64,000 bases of DNA from Piromyces finnis finn (taxonomy: Eukaryota > Fungi > Neocallimastigomycota), in assembly GCA_002104945.1 (NCBI GenBank), contig MCFH01000001.1:1550001-1614000 (forward strand), in the 5' to 3' direction. The number at the start of each line of letters is the position of its first letter. Within the stretch, counting starts at the first letter, position 1. Position numbers and translations under genes: made by a program. Below are positions 16,703 to 27,739 of this stretch, piece by piece. Below the pieces are notes generated by a model. That model saw only the letters and a list, made by a program, of their open reading frames with translations, was not told the DNA's origin and did not search any database.

Positions 16703-19700
16703 TTTTTTTTTTTTTTTTTTTTTTTAACGGCATCAAATATTTTAAACTTTATTATTAATTTAATTAAAATTATAATACATGTAATAAAAAATTAAAAAAT
16801 AAAAATAAAAATAAAAAAAATATGTTTAAATAAACACAAATGAATAAAATTTGGGTATAATGTATTCTAGTAATTTTAATTAAAGTAAGAAAGCCACTAT
16901 CATACTAAAGTATAATAATTGTATTTGACTTCCAATGGGACACCGAGCCAAAGATCAAAATTTTGTCATGGAACAAAATTATGATCTCCATTGGTTGCGC
17001 TGGCCCTCCTGGCCTGTCTTACTGTTTCTTCAGCATTGACGCTCTTGGATGTTGCTTCAAACCTTTTGAACATTGACCATTGCTGGCCAATAGCAAAAGG
17101 CATGATTTTGGTTAGAAGTTCCGCGGTTACCGTCAAGAATGGTGTTCCTTCGTTAGTATCAGATTGAATCTGACGCTTACAAAGTTCTTTCCATTCCCTT
17201 GAATTGTAATTAATATTGTTAAAACTTCTTCCCCCAAGAAGGAATTTAAATATTTTACTGCACACACTAGAATAATCATACACATTAATATTCACCGGAT
17301 TATTAGAACTATTACTATCATTAACTAAATTACTATCTAAATTAGAATTATTATCTTCACTATTGCTATCATTACTAATATTATTATTTCTATTATTGTT
17401 ATTATTACTATTGTTACTATTACTATTGTTACTATTACTATTGTTATTACTACTATTGTTACTATTACTATTAATGTTATTACTATCTCTACTGATATTA
17501 TCAATTTCATTATTATTGATAGGACTGTTGGAATTACGTTGACTGAAAAAATTTAATAGCTGGACTATGGAATCATAATGTTTAATACGGATATCTCTAA
17601 ATGTTGGACAATCTAATAACCAATGTTTAATACTTTGATCTCCACACTTGCAACATGGACAGTAGTTAGGACAAACTGGATCAACAAATTTGGCAGCTTT
17701 GGCAACTCTAGCATCCAACTTGTATCCGCTTCTTGCTTTCAATAGCCAGTAGAAGCCATAGGCAAACTCTAGGTACTCATAACATAATTTAATAAAATCT
17801 TTAGTTTCAATAAATTTATTATCATCATAATATTGCGCTTTGATTGAATTCCCTTTGAGATCTTTCCAATAAAAGTTTTTAACTGCTTTAACATCTCCAT
17901 GTTTCTTTAATTTTTTATCAAGTGTCCTACTTGATTTGCACCACGTGTATTTTCTAAATTTAGGAATGTAATTGACAAGGTGTGAGATAATACAATTTGA
18001 GTTTTTCCATTTGTTAAAACATCTAACCTGAGCTAATGCACATTTGGCTGACAATGGAGGAATATTCAAATCTTTTGAAATAGAGTATAAAGATATAAAC
18101 GATACAGCTCTATGAACTCCGGCAACCCATCGTATTCCTTTGTTAACATGCTTCTGAGCAATCCTAGACCTAGCTTTGTTGGATCCAAGTAATGGTGCAA
18201 AGTATGAAACTCTGCTAATCACTTGTGAGTTAAGTACTAGTTTTTTGAAAGGAATAGGAATATTAGGATTTCTTAAGAATTTACTGACTGAGAAAAGCCC
18301 TTTCAAAACCTTGTTATTAAGAGCTTTAATTACTGGTTTAAGGGACAGATTCTTATCAAATGGAACACCAAGATAAGTATAGCAATCAGTAGTTGGAATG
18401 GGTTGTCCTGCTAAGTAAAATGTTGGATCTCTCTTGTTCTGATTTTCTATTGATTCAGGACGAATCACCATCGTTGAACATTTCTGGATACCAAATTCCA
18501 TTTCATTATACAAGGCCCATTCATTAACTCTTCTAAGCATCTTTTTTAAGCATCCTCTTGTTGGAGCACAAATAACTATATCATCTGCAAAAAGTCCACC
18601 ACAGCATCGAGTGTCACCTAAACTGACTCCTAGATCTTCGCACTCTTTAAATATATCATTAATAAAGAGATTAAAGAGAATAGGAGAAAGAGGGCATCCT
18701 TGACGGACTCCTTTCTTCACATCAAAAGATTTCGAGAATTGTCCATCTAATTTGACATTAGCCTTAGATGTTAAATATAAATTTTTGATAAATTGTAGAC
18801 TCTTACCTCGGATTCCTAAACAATCTAATTTATGGAGAATATTACCGATTGGGACTGAATCGTATGCTTTCCTGAGATCTAAAAAGGCCAAATATGTCTC
18901 TTTATTATCTAATTGACGTCTACGGCATATTTCTTGGATTGAAATGAAAAGACTAATACTTTCTTCCTTTTTTCGAAAACCAAATTGTTCAGGTCTAATG
19001 AAATTATTCTTTAAACCATATTCTGAGATTCTAGTGGTGACAATTTTGGAAATCAACTTAATACCATTATTGATAAGTGATATACCTCGATAGTTATCAC
19101 AATCTGTCAAATCTCCCTTCTTAGGAATAGAAACAATACTGGATTCATTCCATGAGTTGGGGAAATCTCCATCCCAAATACGGTTGAATAATTTAAGAAT
19201 AAAATTTAAACCATGAGCATCATTATCTGAAGTGGTATTACCGGAAGAATTATTATCTGTAGCATTATTAGAATCATTACTTGATGGAACTAATGCTTTG
19301 TAAAATTCAATTGGAATACCATCCGGACCTGATGCTTTATAATTTGGAGTAGTGAGGATAGCTGACTTGACTTCATCAATACTAATATCTTGGTTGATAT
19401 CCCACTCATCAAGCATAGGAAGTGAAAAACGTTTATTCGTTGGTTCTTCATACCAATGCTCCAAATCAAGACTTACACCACTTGGGTCTGATGCAAGATT
19501 TTCGAAATGATCATGCCACACATCTAGTTGTTCTTCCGTAGCAACAACTAATTCTCCATTTTTATTTTTAATTGGTTGAGCAATAAAGAAAGAATCTTTT
19601 CCAATTTTTGCAGTTTTCTTGATCCATTTCCAGGCCTTCTTAGGATTATGACTCTTCATATACTCACATCCTGTTTTAATCCAATGAAGATATTCTTGCT

Positions 19701-22376
19701 TCCTAAATTCATTACATCTTTTGTGGATGTAATCAATGAGTTTACGGTAGATTTTAATTCTTTTAATAAATTCATCTATATCATAAATTCTTTCTTTTTT
19801 AAATCTCTTATACAACTTCATTTTGATTTTTTGAAGATTAAAAATTTGTTGTGAAATATGAAATGAAGACTTTATAACATTATTTGCTGAGGTAATACTG
19901 AGCTCGTCTGCAATTGAAAAAGCAGTTGAAGTAAACTCTTTGGAAAGTTCATCTGTAGAAACATTAGGATCGTTGGATTTTGCTGAAAGTATTTGGAATT
20001 TATTATGACTGAGAATAGATTCCTTTTCCTCAATACATTTTAATCTATTCCATTTCAGAATTTTCTTAGGAACATTAAAGTCATTAGAAAAATCTTCCAT
20101 AGGAATAATTTTACCATTAATAAGAAGTGGCTTATGGTCTGATACAGGATAAAAATTATTTATAAATGATCCTGAGTGAATAAGATCTTTCATCTTCGAA
20201 TTGATAAGAGCATGGTCAATGTCGGAAGATTGATCACCTCGAGTCCAAGAGATAGTAGACCCTCTAAGCGGAAGAATTTCCCAATCTCCTAATCCATTAG
20301 TTGATAACCAGTTGGATAATTTTACTTTAGACATATTAAAATCACCAACAAGAATCGATGGATGGGATGAATGAGTTTGTAACCACAAGCGAACTTCTAA
20401 CTTTGCATGATCAACATAGATGTTGTGATGACTATGAGGCATATAAACATTACCAATCGAGCATTTGAATCTATTCCAGAGACTAAAAGTATAAATAGAA
20501 ATAATATACTTTCCAGAGAAGTTTTCAAGTGAGGCTTGACATGAATTGTGAAAACCTAAATATAAACCTCTCATTCCCGGAACTGATTCGTCAGCTTTCT
20601 TGAAAAAGTGTCTATAGTTTCGCAAAGTAACACGACAAGGATAATCTGTATTCGATCCAGAACCATTACCAGTTTCTTGGAAACATAAGAATAATGGTTT
20701 GAAAATAGCTGTGAAATAGCTAATACTATCTCTCTTTTCGTGATTCCACCCATTGGTGTTCCAACTAAGACAAAAAGAAAAGTTATCAGGCTTGTTGGAT
20801 GAGGAAGAATCGTTGCTATTATTATTATTATTAAAGTCATCGTTATTAATGGATGATGCATCAGAGGAATAAGTAGAACTATTACTAGATGGCTGTGAAA
20901 CTGAAGAACTATCAACTATTGAACTGTTATCAGAGTTGATAGAGCTATTAGAATTAATTGTTGAATGTTGAGATTGAAATTGTGTTTGCTGTAGATCTGG
21001 AATATTTTCATGATTGGAAACTTGTTGAAGATCTTGTTGAAGATCTAGTTGAAGATCGGATTGTTGATGAGATTGTTGAACTGATTGTTGAAATGATTGT
21101 TGAATAGAATGTTGATGTTTATTAGAAACTAAAATTTTACGTTTGAGAGTGGAAAAAGTGTATTTGTGATTCCTTCTACTACGAGCTGAAAAGGAAATTG
21201 AGGTAACTGAAAGTTTCTTCTTTAACATGTGTAAGATTTTAATACAATCTTTCGATGAACCATGAACCTTGACTAAGAAAAAGTGATCATTGAAAGTCTG
21301 AAAATATTTAACACTAATAACTGAATTAAATTTATCTTCTAGAATAACCTCGAGTTTTTCCCATAGCATATTTACTGACCATGATCGAATACCACGGATA
21401 AAGAAGGAGCGAATATCATCTAAGGGGATACCATAAGACCGGGTACCACGTCTGATATAATTCTTGTCTTTAATATAAAGGACTGACATGATAATAAATT
21501 CTAATTAAAAATATTGAATATAAAATAAATACTAATAAAAATTATAAATATAACGTATATGGAAAAAAATCTGTCTCTCTCTCTCTTCTTAAAAGTACTG
21601 GATAGTACAAAAATTGTTACGATGCTTTGTTTAAAGTTTCTTTTTTTGAATTCTAGTTGTAAATTTTCTTTAAAAATTCTAGTTTTGGTTTGTTGTTAGT
21701 AAATTCGAATCGCTTTTTGACACTAAACTTGTTTGACTTACTTTTCATTAAATATTTAAATTGGTAAAAAATTTGAATCAAGAATGTCGACACCAGAAAG
21801 CTTGTGAATAGTATTTTTACATGATGTAGAGTGAATCAGTCTCTTACAAGAAACAATACAACAATAGCTACATGAATATAAAAATACAATGCAAATGCTA
21901 AAGTTGACTACATTGGATTCTTACAAGAGAAGAGTAGTACTACATGAATACATGAATAAAAGAAAAAATACAGCAACAAAATGTATTACTCTTCTAATTA
22001 AATACTATACAAACTTACCTGAATATCAAACATTCAACTTATTCATCAAATACTTAATTCGATGAATAAAATGTTTTTTAATCGCTCAGTACCATGAGCT
22101 TAGTCCTAATAATTTTCCCTTAAAGACTAACCAAGCATCCATTGCGCAATGCTTGGATTTAATTCTTTCTACTCTCTCAGTACCATGAGCATGAGTAGAC
22201 CCCCTTGATAAACTCCATTATTAAATAAATGAAGGCACGTTCCTAAGAGGGCACCAAGCATCCATTGCGCAATACTTGGATTTAATTCTTTCTACTCTCT
22301 CAGTACCATGAGCATGAGTAGACCCCCTTGAGAAACTACATTTATTAAATAAATGAAGGCACGTTCCCAAGAGGGT
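16703..22376 (-). mobile_element. Full-length, probably intact non-LTR retrotransposon (LINE family 1), about 5.67 kb
   Basis: Poly(A) is T23 at 16703-16725, the 3' UTR spans 16726-16965, there is one uninterrupted 4.5 kb ORF, and the leader is about 890 nt. Both ends abut complementary halves of an older copy. Confidence 0.92.
16966..21489 (-). CDS. LINE polyprotein (1507 aa): putative N-terminal RRM-like domain, Q/S/N linker, APE endonuclease, reverse transcriptase, CCHC zinc knuckle, Asn-rich insert
   Basis: APE motifs SWNTNG, FQETG, LVGDFN, SDIDH and SDHKP. RT motifs KASGPDG, NYRGISL, QFGFR, FLDLRKAYDSV, GVRQGCPLSPILFN, FADD and YTYLG. Knuckle CPCCKCGDQSIKHWLLDC. Confidence 0.95.
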   Translation of the reverse strand: MSVLYIKDKNYIRRGTRSYGIPLDDIRSFFIRGIRSWSVNMLWEKLEVILEDKFNSVISVKYFQTFNDHFFLVKVHGSSKDCIKILHMLKKKLSVTSISFSARSRRNHKYTFSTLKRKILVSNKHQHSIQQSFQQSVQQSHQQSDLQLDLQQDLQQVSNHENIPDLQQTQFQSQHSTINSNSSINSDNSSIVDSSSVSQPSSNSSTYSSDASSINNDDFNNNNNSNDSSSSNKPDNFSFCLSWNTNGWNHEKRDSISYFTAIFKPLFLCFQETGNGSGSNTDYPCRVTLRNYRHFFKKADESVPGMRGLYLGFHNSCQASLENFSGKYIISIYTFSLWNRFKCSIGNVYMPHSHHNIYVDHAKLEVRLWLQTHSSHPSILVGDFNMSKVKLSNWLSTNGLGDWEILPLRGSTISWTRGDQSSDIDHALINSKMKDLIHSGSFINNFYPVSDHKPLLINGKIIPMEDFSNDFNVPKKILKWNRLKCIEEKESILSHNKFQILSAKSNDPNVSTDELSKEFTSTAFSIADELSITSANNVIKSSFHISQQIFNLQKIKMKLYKRFKKERIYDIDEFIKRIKIYRKLIDYIHKRCNEFRKQEYLHWIKTGCEYMKSHNPKKAWKWIKKTAKIGKDSFFIAQPIKNKNGELVVATEEQLDVWHDHFENLASDPSGVSLDLEHWYEEPTNKRFSLPMLDEWDINQDISIDEVKSAILTTPNYKASGPDGIPIEFYKALVPSSNDSNNATDNNSSGNTTSDNDAHGLNFILKLFNRIWDGDFPNSWNESSIVSIPKKGDLTDCDNYRGISLINNGIKLISKIVTTRISEYGLKNNFIRPEQFGFRKKEESISLFISIQEICRRRQLDNKETYLAFLDLRKAYDSVPIGNILHKLDCLGIRGKSLQFIKNLYLTSKANVKLDGQFSKSFDVKKGVRQGCPLSPILFNLFINDIFKECEDLGVSLGDTRCCGGLFADDIVICAPTRGCLKKMLRRVNEWALYNEMEFGIQKCSTMVIRPESIENQNKRDPTFYLAGQPIPTTDCYTYLGVPFDKNLSLKPVIKALNNKVLKGLFSVSKFLRNPNIPIPFKKLVLNSQVISRVSYFAPLLGSNKARSRIAQKHVNKGIRWVAGVHRAVSFISLYSISKDLNIPPLSAKCALAQVRCFNKWKNSNCIISHLVNYIPKFRKYTWCKSSRTLDKKLKKHGDVKAVKNFYWKDLKGNSIKAQYYDDNKFIETKDFIKLCYEYLEFAYGFYWLLKARSGYKLDARVAKAAKFVDPVCPNYCPCCKCGDQSIKHWLLDCPTFRDIRIKHYDSIVQLLNFFSQRNSNSPINNNEIDNISRDSNNINSNSNNSSNNNSNSNNSNSNNSNNNNNRNNNISNDSNSEDNNSNLDSNLVNDSNSSNNPVNINVYDYSSVCSKIFKFLLGGRSFNNINYNSREWKELCKRQIQSDTNEGTPFLTVTAELLTKIMPFAIGQQWSMFKRFEATSKSVNAEETVRQARRASATNGDHNFVP

Positions 22377-22377
22377 G
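22131..22377 (-). repeat. Two tandem 123/124-bp GC-richer monomers at the extreme 5' end of the LINE, plus a partial third copy of one hairpin at 22084-22099
   Basis: ccaagcatcc occurs at 22131 and 22254, and ggcacgtt at 22234 and 22358; the units differ at only a few positions. Confidence 0.9.
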
Positions 22378-22755
22378 CCCTCCTGGCCTGTCTTACTGTT
22401 TCTTCAGCATTGACGCTCTTGGATGTTGCTTCAAACCTTTTGAACATTGACCATTGCTGGCCAATAGCAAAAGGCATGATTTTGGTTAGAAGTTCCGCGG
22501 TTACCGTCAAGAATGGTGTTCCTTCGTTAGTACCAGATTGAATCTGACACTTACCAGATTCTTTCCATTCCCTTGAATTGTAATCGATATTATTAAAACT
22601 TCTTCCCCCAAGAAGGAATTTAAATATTTTATTGCACACACTAGAATAACCATACACATCAATATTAATAATTCATCAGATTTTTTAAAACTATTACGAT
22701 GATTAACAAAATAACTAATCTCTACTGATATTAACATTCTCATTATTATTGATGA
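22377..22755 (-). mobile_element. Upstream half of the older, 5'-truncated family-1 copy that was interrupted
   Basis: Encodes ...YSSVCNKIFKFLLGGRSF...EETVRQARRA, then stops abruptly at the junction with the monomer. Confidence 0.9.
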
Positions 22756-23233
22756 CATTTATAAAAATTTTTTAACATCTATTACAAATTTTATTTTATC
22801 AATAAAAATTGATATTTCTTTTTTTTTTTTATTTTTTACCTTTTTTTTATTTATTTTTTTTTTTTTAAATATAATTTTTTTTTTCTTTTTTTTAATTTTT
22901 ATTTATATGTACCTTTTTATAAATCCTTACTAAAATTTTATTTGTATTTTATACAAATAAAATAAAAAAAATTCTTTACATTTTAATATTATGTTTGAGG
23001 GTTAATTAAATTAATAACTATTAAAATGATAAAACTTTAAATATATATAAATTTGTATTTACTCTTATTACTAATTTTTTAAATAATTGCTATTTAAGCG
23101 TATCGTTTATGTTTTTACGTAATAAATAATTAAGTTAATAATAATAATAAAATAAAATAATAAAAAAAAAAAACATTGAATTCATACAAAACTTAAGTAT
23201 ATTCTTGATTTGGTTTACTAATCATTGATTAAT

Positions 23234-24963
23234 TTATAATTTGTCTTCAAGATATTTAATAGACTTGCTAATGATAGAAACACCACGATCAATTTCATCC
23301 TTGGTAACAATAAGTGGTGGAAGAAGACGTAAAGTGTTCATACCACAAGTAATAACTAATAAACCTTGTTGACGACAAACATCAGCAACAGCAGCTGGAG
23401 TAATTTTTTCATCTAATCCAACACCAATCATTAAACCTAAACCACGAACTTCCTTAACAATTTTGGATCCCTTAGTGGCTTCCTTTAAACTTTTCTTTAA
23501 GTATTCACCCTTTTCAGTGACTTCTGATAAAAATTGTGGCTTATTAATGGTTTCAAAAACAGCAGCACCAACGTGAGTAGCTAAAGAGTTACCACCAAAA
23601 GTAGTACCGTGATCTCCTGGCTTAATAGTTTTGGCAACCTTTTCAGATAAAATAGTAGCACCAATTGGAATACCACCACCGAGTGGTTTAGCTAATGTAA
23701 AGATATCTGGAGTAATATCAAAATGTTGATGGGCATATAACTTACCAGTACGACCAACACCAGTTTGAATTTCATCAATAATTAAAAGAGCATTAACTTC
23801 ATCACATCTTTTTCTTAAATATTGTATGAATTCCTTTTTAGCTGGAGTTAAACCACCTTCACCTTGAACAACTTCAATAATAACACCACAAACATTTTCA
23901 TCAATGTTTTTCTTGGCAGCTTCAATATCATTGTATGGAGAGTATTTAAATCCTGGTAATAATGGAGAGAATGGATCTTGGTATTTTGGATTTGGGGTAG
24001 CAGATAAAGCACCTAAAGAACGACCGTGGAAGGCATGGTTGAATGAAATAATAACGTTTTTATCTTGAGAAAAGGTCTTACCATATCTTCTAGCGAACTT
24101 AATGGCAGCTGTTATTTTATATAAAAATATAAATTTAAGCATTTTTTTTATTATTAATGGACAATTTTTTATTGATAAATAAAAATTTACATATTTTTTG
24201 ACTTTTAAATTATTTTAAATAATTAATTACCTTCATTAGCTTCAGTACCAGAATTACCGAAGAAAACTTTAGCACCATCAGCGAATTTACCCTTCTTTTC
24301 TAAACTTTCAACAATTAACTTAGCTAATTTAGCTGGATTTTCGTTGTGATATAAGTTACTAACGTGAATAATTTTTGAAATTTGTTCTTTAATAGCGTTA
24401 ATAATAATTGGGTTATTGTGACCAAGAGTATTAACAGCAATACCAGCAGCAAAATCAAGGTATTTACGTTCAGCAGTATCATAAACGTAAGCACCTTCAC
24501 CATGGTTAAAGATAACATTTGGTCTTCCGTATAATGGAAGAAGGTATTGAGAATCATCATTTATTTTTTCAATAGTACCCTTTGCAGTTTCATTATCTGG
24601 GTGAGTAGCCTAAACATATAATGTTTTTTTATAATATTATAATATTATATTATATTTTAATATTGACGTTTTAAACCTTTATTATTTTAAATATTCATAA
24701 TATAAATTTTTTACATTAATGGTAACGTTTTTGCTTGACATAGTAGTGTATTTAAGTGATTGAATCTAATTATTTTAAAAATTATATTTTGTTTATTTGC
24801 AAAAATATTTAATATATATTTCTTCCTCAATTTATTATTTTAATTATATGGTATTTTAATAAATTATTACTTTATTGAAAGAGGCTAAAGTTCTGGAAGA
24901 AACTGGAATTAAGTACTTACTGATTTGGTTAGTTTTTGATAAAGTTTGTGATAAGAAACTCAT
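23234..24963 (-). CDS. ARG8: Acetylornithine aminotransferase (class III PLP enzyme), 4 exons, with an N-terminal organellar presequence
   Basis: Motifs YLDFAAGIAVNTLGH, HVSNLY, FGNSGTEANEAAIKFAR, FHGRSLGALS, IIEVVQGEGG, DEIQTGVGRTG, TLAKPLGGG and HGTTFGGN. Exon 1 is MSFLSQTLSKTNQISKYLIPVSSRTLASFNK. Confidence 0.93.
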
Positions 24964-26349
24964 TTTTATTTTATGAATTCTATTTATTAATATAAATATA
25001 TATATAAATAGCAAAAATATATTAGTAACCAAATTGAATAAATATAACACTAATTAAGTTTTTATATTATTAATAATAAAAAAAACTATGTATATTATTT
25101 AGTATTAATTAATACATATTTAAATATTATTTTTATACTTTTTGTTGTATTGTTTATTATTTATATATTTAATTTAGTTTTTTTTTTTTTTTATTACGGG
25201 CTATCTGTATTTTTTAATCTATTTATTCCTATAATTATTTTTATATAATTATAGCAATTATAACTACTTTTTTTATAAATAAATATAATATATATACCTT
25301 ATAATTTATATAAGTTCTTCTATTTTAAATAGAAAAATAATAAAAATTACAATGTGTAATTAATTATAAAATAATTTTGTATAATGAAAAAATTTTTTTT
25401 TGTAAATTTTTTATATATTTATACCTTTCTTTCTAAATGGAAATTAAAATTCTAAAATTGGTGTGATTGGTGGAATTATGATTAGAAAGATTAACCCTTT
25501 TTAAAGATTAATATAACAAATATAATAAATCAAATAACCTTTTTAATATTTCATATATACGCTAGTAAAAAAAATTTTTAATTATTTCTAAAGCTTAATA
25601 TTAAATTTATTATTTAAAAAATTGGCATTCATTTGTATGGCTTATTTCTATTAATATAAATATAATGGCGAAAATTATTTTTAACAACCACAAAAACATA
25701 TTTTCCTCTTTCATTTTTCGGTTAAATTAAATAACTGCCACAAATCTATTTTAATTTAAATTTATCAATATAATTTTGTAATAATAAAAATAATAAATAA
25801 TCCATATATTAGCTTAGCATAAAAATATTAATGTCAAAACTTGTTTATAGGAGAAATAATAATAAAAAGTTTTATAATTTTTACTTTTTTATATGCCTTT
25901 TATTAAAGAAAAATGTCTTAAAGTTTTTATGGTTAAGCATAAATTTTATTAACTTTATATTATTTTTCAAATCTAAATAATAATAATAATAAAAAAAATG
26001 GAGTTGTTTAAGAATTAAGAATTATCAAATAAATATTTTTACAATATGAAAGCAATATTCATAAAGTACATAATATTAATAATCACATATATCATATTAA
26101 ATATAAATATTATTACATTTTAACATTATAAATATAATATTATGATTTGTTGTGTATGATGATATAAAATTTTATATATATAAAAATTGAATTTTTTTTT
26201 TCTTTCATATAGGTTTGATCAATAAATAATGTATTGATCAAATCTTTAAATTAAATCAATAATGAACATTATTGGTTACACGAAATGCTTAATGGCTTTT
26301 AATTAAAAAAAATATAAAACAACAGAAATAGTAGTAATTAATTTCTGTA

Positions 26350-26620
26350 TATTAAAAACTTGTATAAACTTCTTGAACTTATTTTAATATTTAGAAATAG
26401 AAGAAATTCAGAGGAGCATTTGGAAATCTTTAATATACAATAATCTATTCTTGGAATTTATTATTATTTAGTACCTGATTTTCTGGTAAACTACTTGAAA
26501 TGAATAATTATATATTAATATATATAGACTTTAAGATATAGCTAATGATCCCGTTTTTAATTAACTACGTTACTATGTGATATAGAAAAATGAAGCTCGT
26601 CTTTCTGTAAACTACCTAGT
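26350..26620 (+). pseudogene. Possible very old LINE linker relic
   Basis: Weak by-eye similarity: PDFSGKLL and DIANDP versus family-1 KNKNGELVV and ENLASDP. Confidence 0.25.
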
Positions 26621-27739
26621 ATTTAATAATGTTTAATAATTTATATTGTAAAAAAAAAAATATGAATTATCATTAAAAGGATGAATATATATTATATTTG
26701 ATATTTATGATATGAATGAATTCTAATGGTATAATAAAATAATAATATTTAGGTTCAAAATTTTGAATTCTATAACTGCTAAGGAATATTGTATTAGTTT
26801 ATGTTAATACACTCTATGATTAATATTTAAATATAATATTTATAATTAATTTAAATAAGTATTTATTATTTAAAAGGGCAATAACGCTAATGTATTTTAT
26901 ATATGTTTCAATATAAAATAGTCTAATAATAAAGATGAATAATTTATTATGTATAGAAAAGAACAAGCAAACAATTATAGAAGAGAAATATAAGTATTAA
27001 TATTAACATAAATAACTTATAATAAAGTTATAGTTGAAAAAAATAAAGAAATATTTATGTTAAAATACAATATAATCTTTATGATATATATTATTTAAAA
27101 AATAAAAAAATTGGTTTACCATATTTCTATTTGTAATATTGATTAAAAAATGTTTTTACAATTTGATATTAAATCAATATTTAATTATTAATAAAAGTTA
27201 TTGGTAAAAAGTGATACAACAATACTATTTAACTAAAATTTTTACTAAAGTTCATTAATGATAAAAATTTTTATTGGGCTTATAATATTAATATCAATAA
27301 AAATCACTAAATTATATAGTATTAATTACAATAGCAAACCAATTTAATTATTTATATATACATTCATCAATTGATCAATTATAAGCCAAAGGATTTACTC
27401 TACATACTACATGTTTTTCAAAAATATATATTATTTGATTTTTTGATATTTATATAATTGTTAAGTTGTAAAATTGATTTATATATATATATATTTAAAG
27501 TGGAAAAATAAGTATAATGTGTTTTTGATAAATTTATAACATCCTCACTAAAAACATGACTTTGAAATGCTAATAATTATATATAATTTATATGTATAAT
27601 TTTGGTTCGATCCTACAGATGCCAATATTTTCCCCATTATGAGTTAGGTTATGATAAGTATTAAGGACTCTAATTTATTATCATTATATTATGATGTTGA
27701 TACAGATCTTGCCAACTCAAGAGGGCTTAGTGTACATGG

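Noticed and set aside
18176-20915. Small overlapping or antisense ORFs inside the LINE; similar shadows occur inside the helicase, MADS, repeat-protein and oxygenase genes
   Set aside because: They are short shadow frames of real CDSs with no independent motifs.
22084-22377. CRISPR-like or canonical hammerhead/HDV/twister/pistol call for the palindromic repeats
   Set aside because: There are no unique spacers and no cas genes, and the context is eukaryotic. The conserved catalytic cores of those ribozymes could not be matched by eye, so the region is reported only as an unclassified structure.
16966-22660. Apparent long direct repeat (ORF end present at both 16966-17280 and 22377-22660), suggesting LTRs or Penelope pseudo-LTRs
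   Set aside because: The upstream piece and the 16440-16702 piece join into one older copy, so nested insertion explains it. The APE domain and poly(A) tail are also not LTR or Penelope features.
27601-27626. tRNA T-arm-like GGTTCGATCC...AGATGCCA
   Set aside because: No D-arm, anticodon arm or matching acceptor 5' strand can be folded upstream. At most it is a relic.
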